Of a stretch of 64,000 bases of DNA, positions 63,001-64,000 are shown one piece after another; the first letter of the stretch is position 1; each line of letters starts with the position of its first letter. Position numbers and translations under genes: made by a program. Origin of the DNA: Cyanophora paradoxa CCMP329 (Eukaryota; Plantae; Glaucophyta); the NCBI GenBank assembly GCA_004431415.1, contig QPMI01000412.1:1-64000 (forward strand), read 5' to 3'. The notes below the pieces were generated by a model. That model was not told the DNA's origin and did not search any database. It worked only from the letters and a program-made list of their open reading frames with translations.

Positions 63001-64000
63001 GCGCCGCCCGTGCCGCCCCGCGCCGCCCGGCAGGCCCTCTCCGATCCTTGTCTCCTCGGGACCGAGCTCTTCAACTCCTTCGAGGGCCACTTCCGTGCGC
63101 CCTGTACCCCCCTCCCTCCCTTCCGCCCCCCCACGCGCCGCCCCCGATTGCGACCCGCGCGCCCGTTCGCTCGGCAGGGGTACAGGCGATGCTCTACCGG
63201 CTGGAGGAGGCGGGGCAGCGCTCCGTCGTGCGGCCCGCCCCGCTCAGCCCGCCCCCGCCGCTCCGCTCCACGCTGGAACGCGCCCCGACCCGACCCGCCC
63301 TGCCGCGGCCGGCGCGCCGCAGGTGGACTCGGTTCTGGAGGGCCACCGGTCGCGCCTGCTCGCCCTGCAGCACTCCGCCGACCCGTGCGGCCCCCGCCCC
63401 CCGCCGAGCCGTGCCGAGCGCAGCCCGGCTCCGCTCCGCTCTGCTCCGGCTATCGATTTCAATCCCGTGTCCTCGCAGGGAGGAGACCGCGCTGGCGGCG
63501 ATGGGTATCATGGAGTTCGTCACGGCCGGTGAGCCGTACCCCCTCGCGGCCGGCAACGCGCGGCGCTGGCCTGACGGGCGGGCGGCGGGGGGTACAGTGA
63601 CGACGTGGATGGGGCCCGTGCCTGCCGACCTGCTCCCCATGCGCCCCGAGCACGCCGCCGAGGCGCGCCCGCGCACGCGTACCCCCTCCCTGCCGGCGGG
63701 CCCTGACCCGCGCGCGTACCCCCAGCTCCTGGACAAGGCGGGCGAGCTCCTGACCGGGCACGAGGACGCGGTACCCCCCTCCCCTTCCCCCTCCTCCCCT
63801 CCCGCCTCCCCACCTCTCCTCACCTGACCGGCGCGCAGGCGGCGCTGGCCTGCTGCGACCTGCTGTACCGGAGGGCGATGCACGCCTTCCAGACGGGGCA
63901 GGACGCGAGGGCCCTCGAGCTCTGCTACGAGGGCTGGGCCCGCGTCATCCGGCACCGCCTGTACCCCTGCCGCGTCGAGGCCCGCCTCGTCCGCAGCTGC
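60100..64000 (+). CDS. Multi-exon hypothetical protein, possibly an Ig-fold DNA-binding domain, acidic tract and TPR-like helices; runs off the window
   Basis: Exon-like pieces ATLRVSLAFADTGE, VLLRIGPNGETIGTFGLLASS, FRHDRRSFALRIAV, RFVDLEERLVVSTLARKP, EEEDEDEDEDED and LLYRRAMHAFQTGQDARALELCYEGW. The start is uncertain. Confidence 0.45.

Overview
Eukaryotic nuclear DNA from a GC-rich protist or alga with short introns; the species cannot be determined from the sequence. Bases 1-5763 are an AT-rich, intronless, densely packed segment that is the right-hand end of an endogenous small dsDNA virus. It carries a frameshifted A32-type packaging ATPase, an NCLDV-style double-jelly-roll major capsid protein, two back-to-back penton/minor-capsid-like genes and a DUF5710-like ORF. 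These are followed by iteron-like subterminal repeats and a symmetric 95-nt hairpin (28-bp stem, three tandem GA/GA mismatches, GCGAAGC tip) sitting exactly at the virus/host junction. The host part contains: a transposon-rich zone (hAT, PIF/Harbinger-like and TA-target MITEs, plus a LINE-derived family ending in a UUCG hairpin and poly(A)); a multi-exon cyanovirin-N-like (CVNH) lectin gene; a ~17 kb multi-exon gene for a giant surface protein (2 LamG domains, many Cys-rich repeats, about 3 TM segments); and a rearranged block with three RING-H2/TM gene copies, one complete VPS15/PIK3R4, one WD40-less inverted VPS15 copy and a VPS15 remnant. A further multi-exon gene runs off the right edge. 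All protein family calls come from motifs read by eye, not from database searches.
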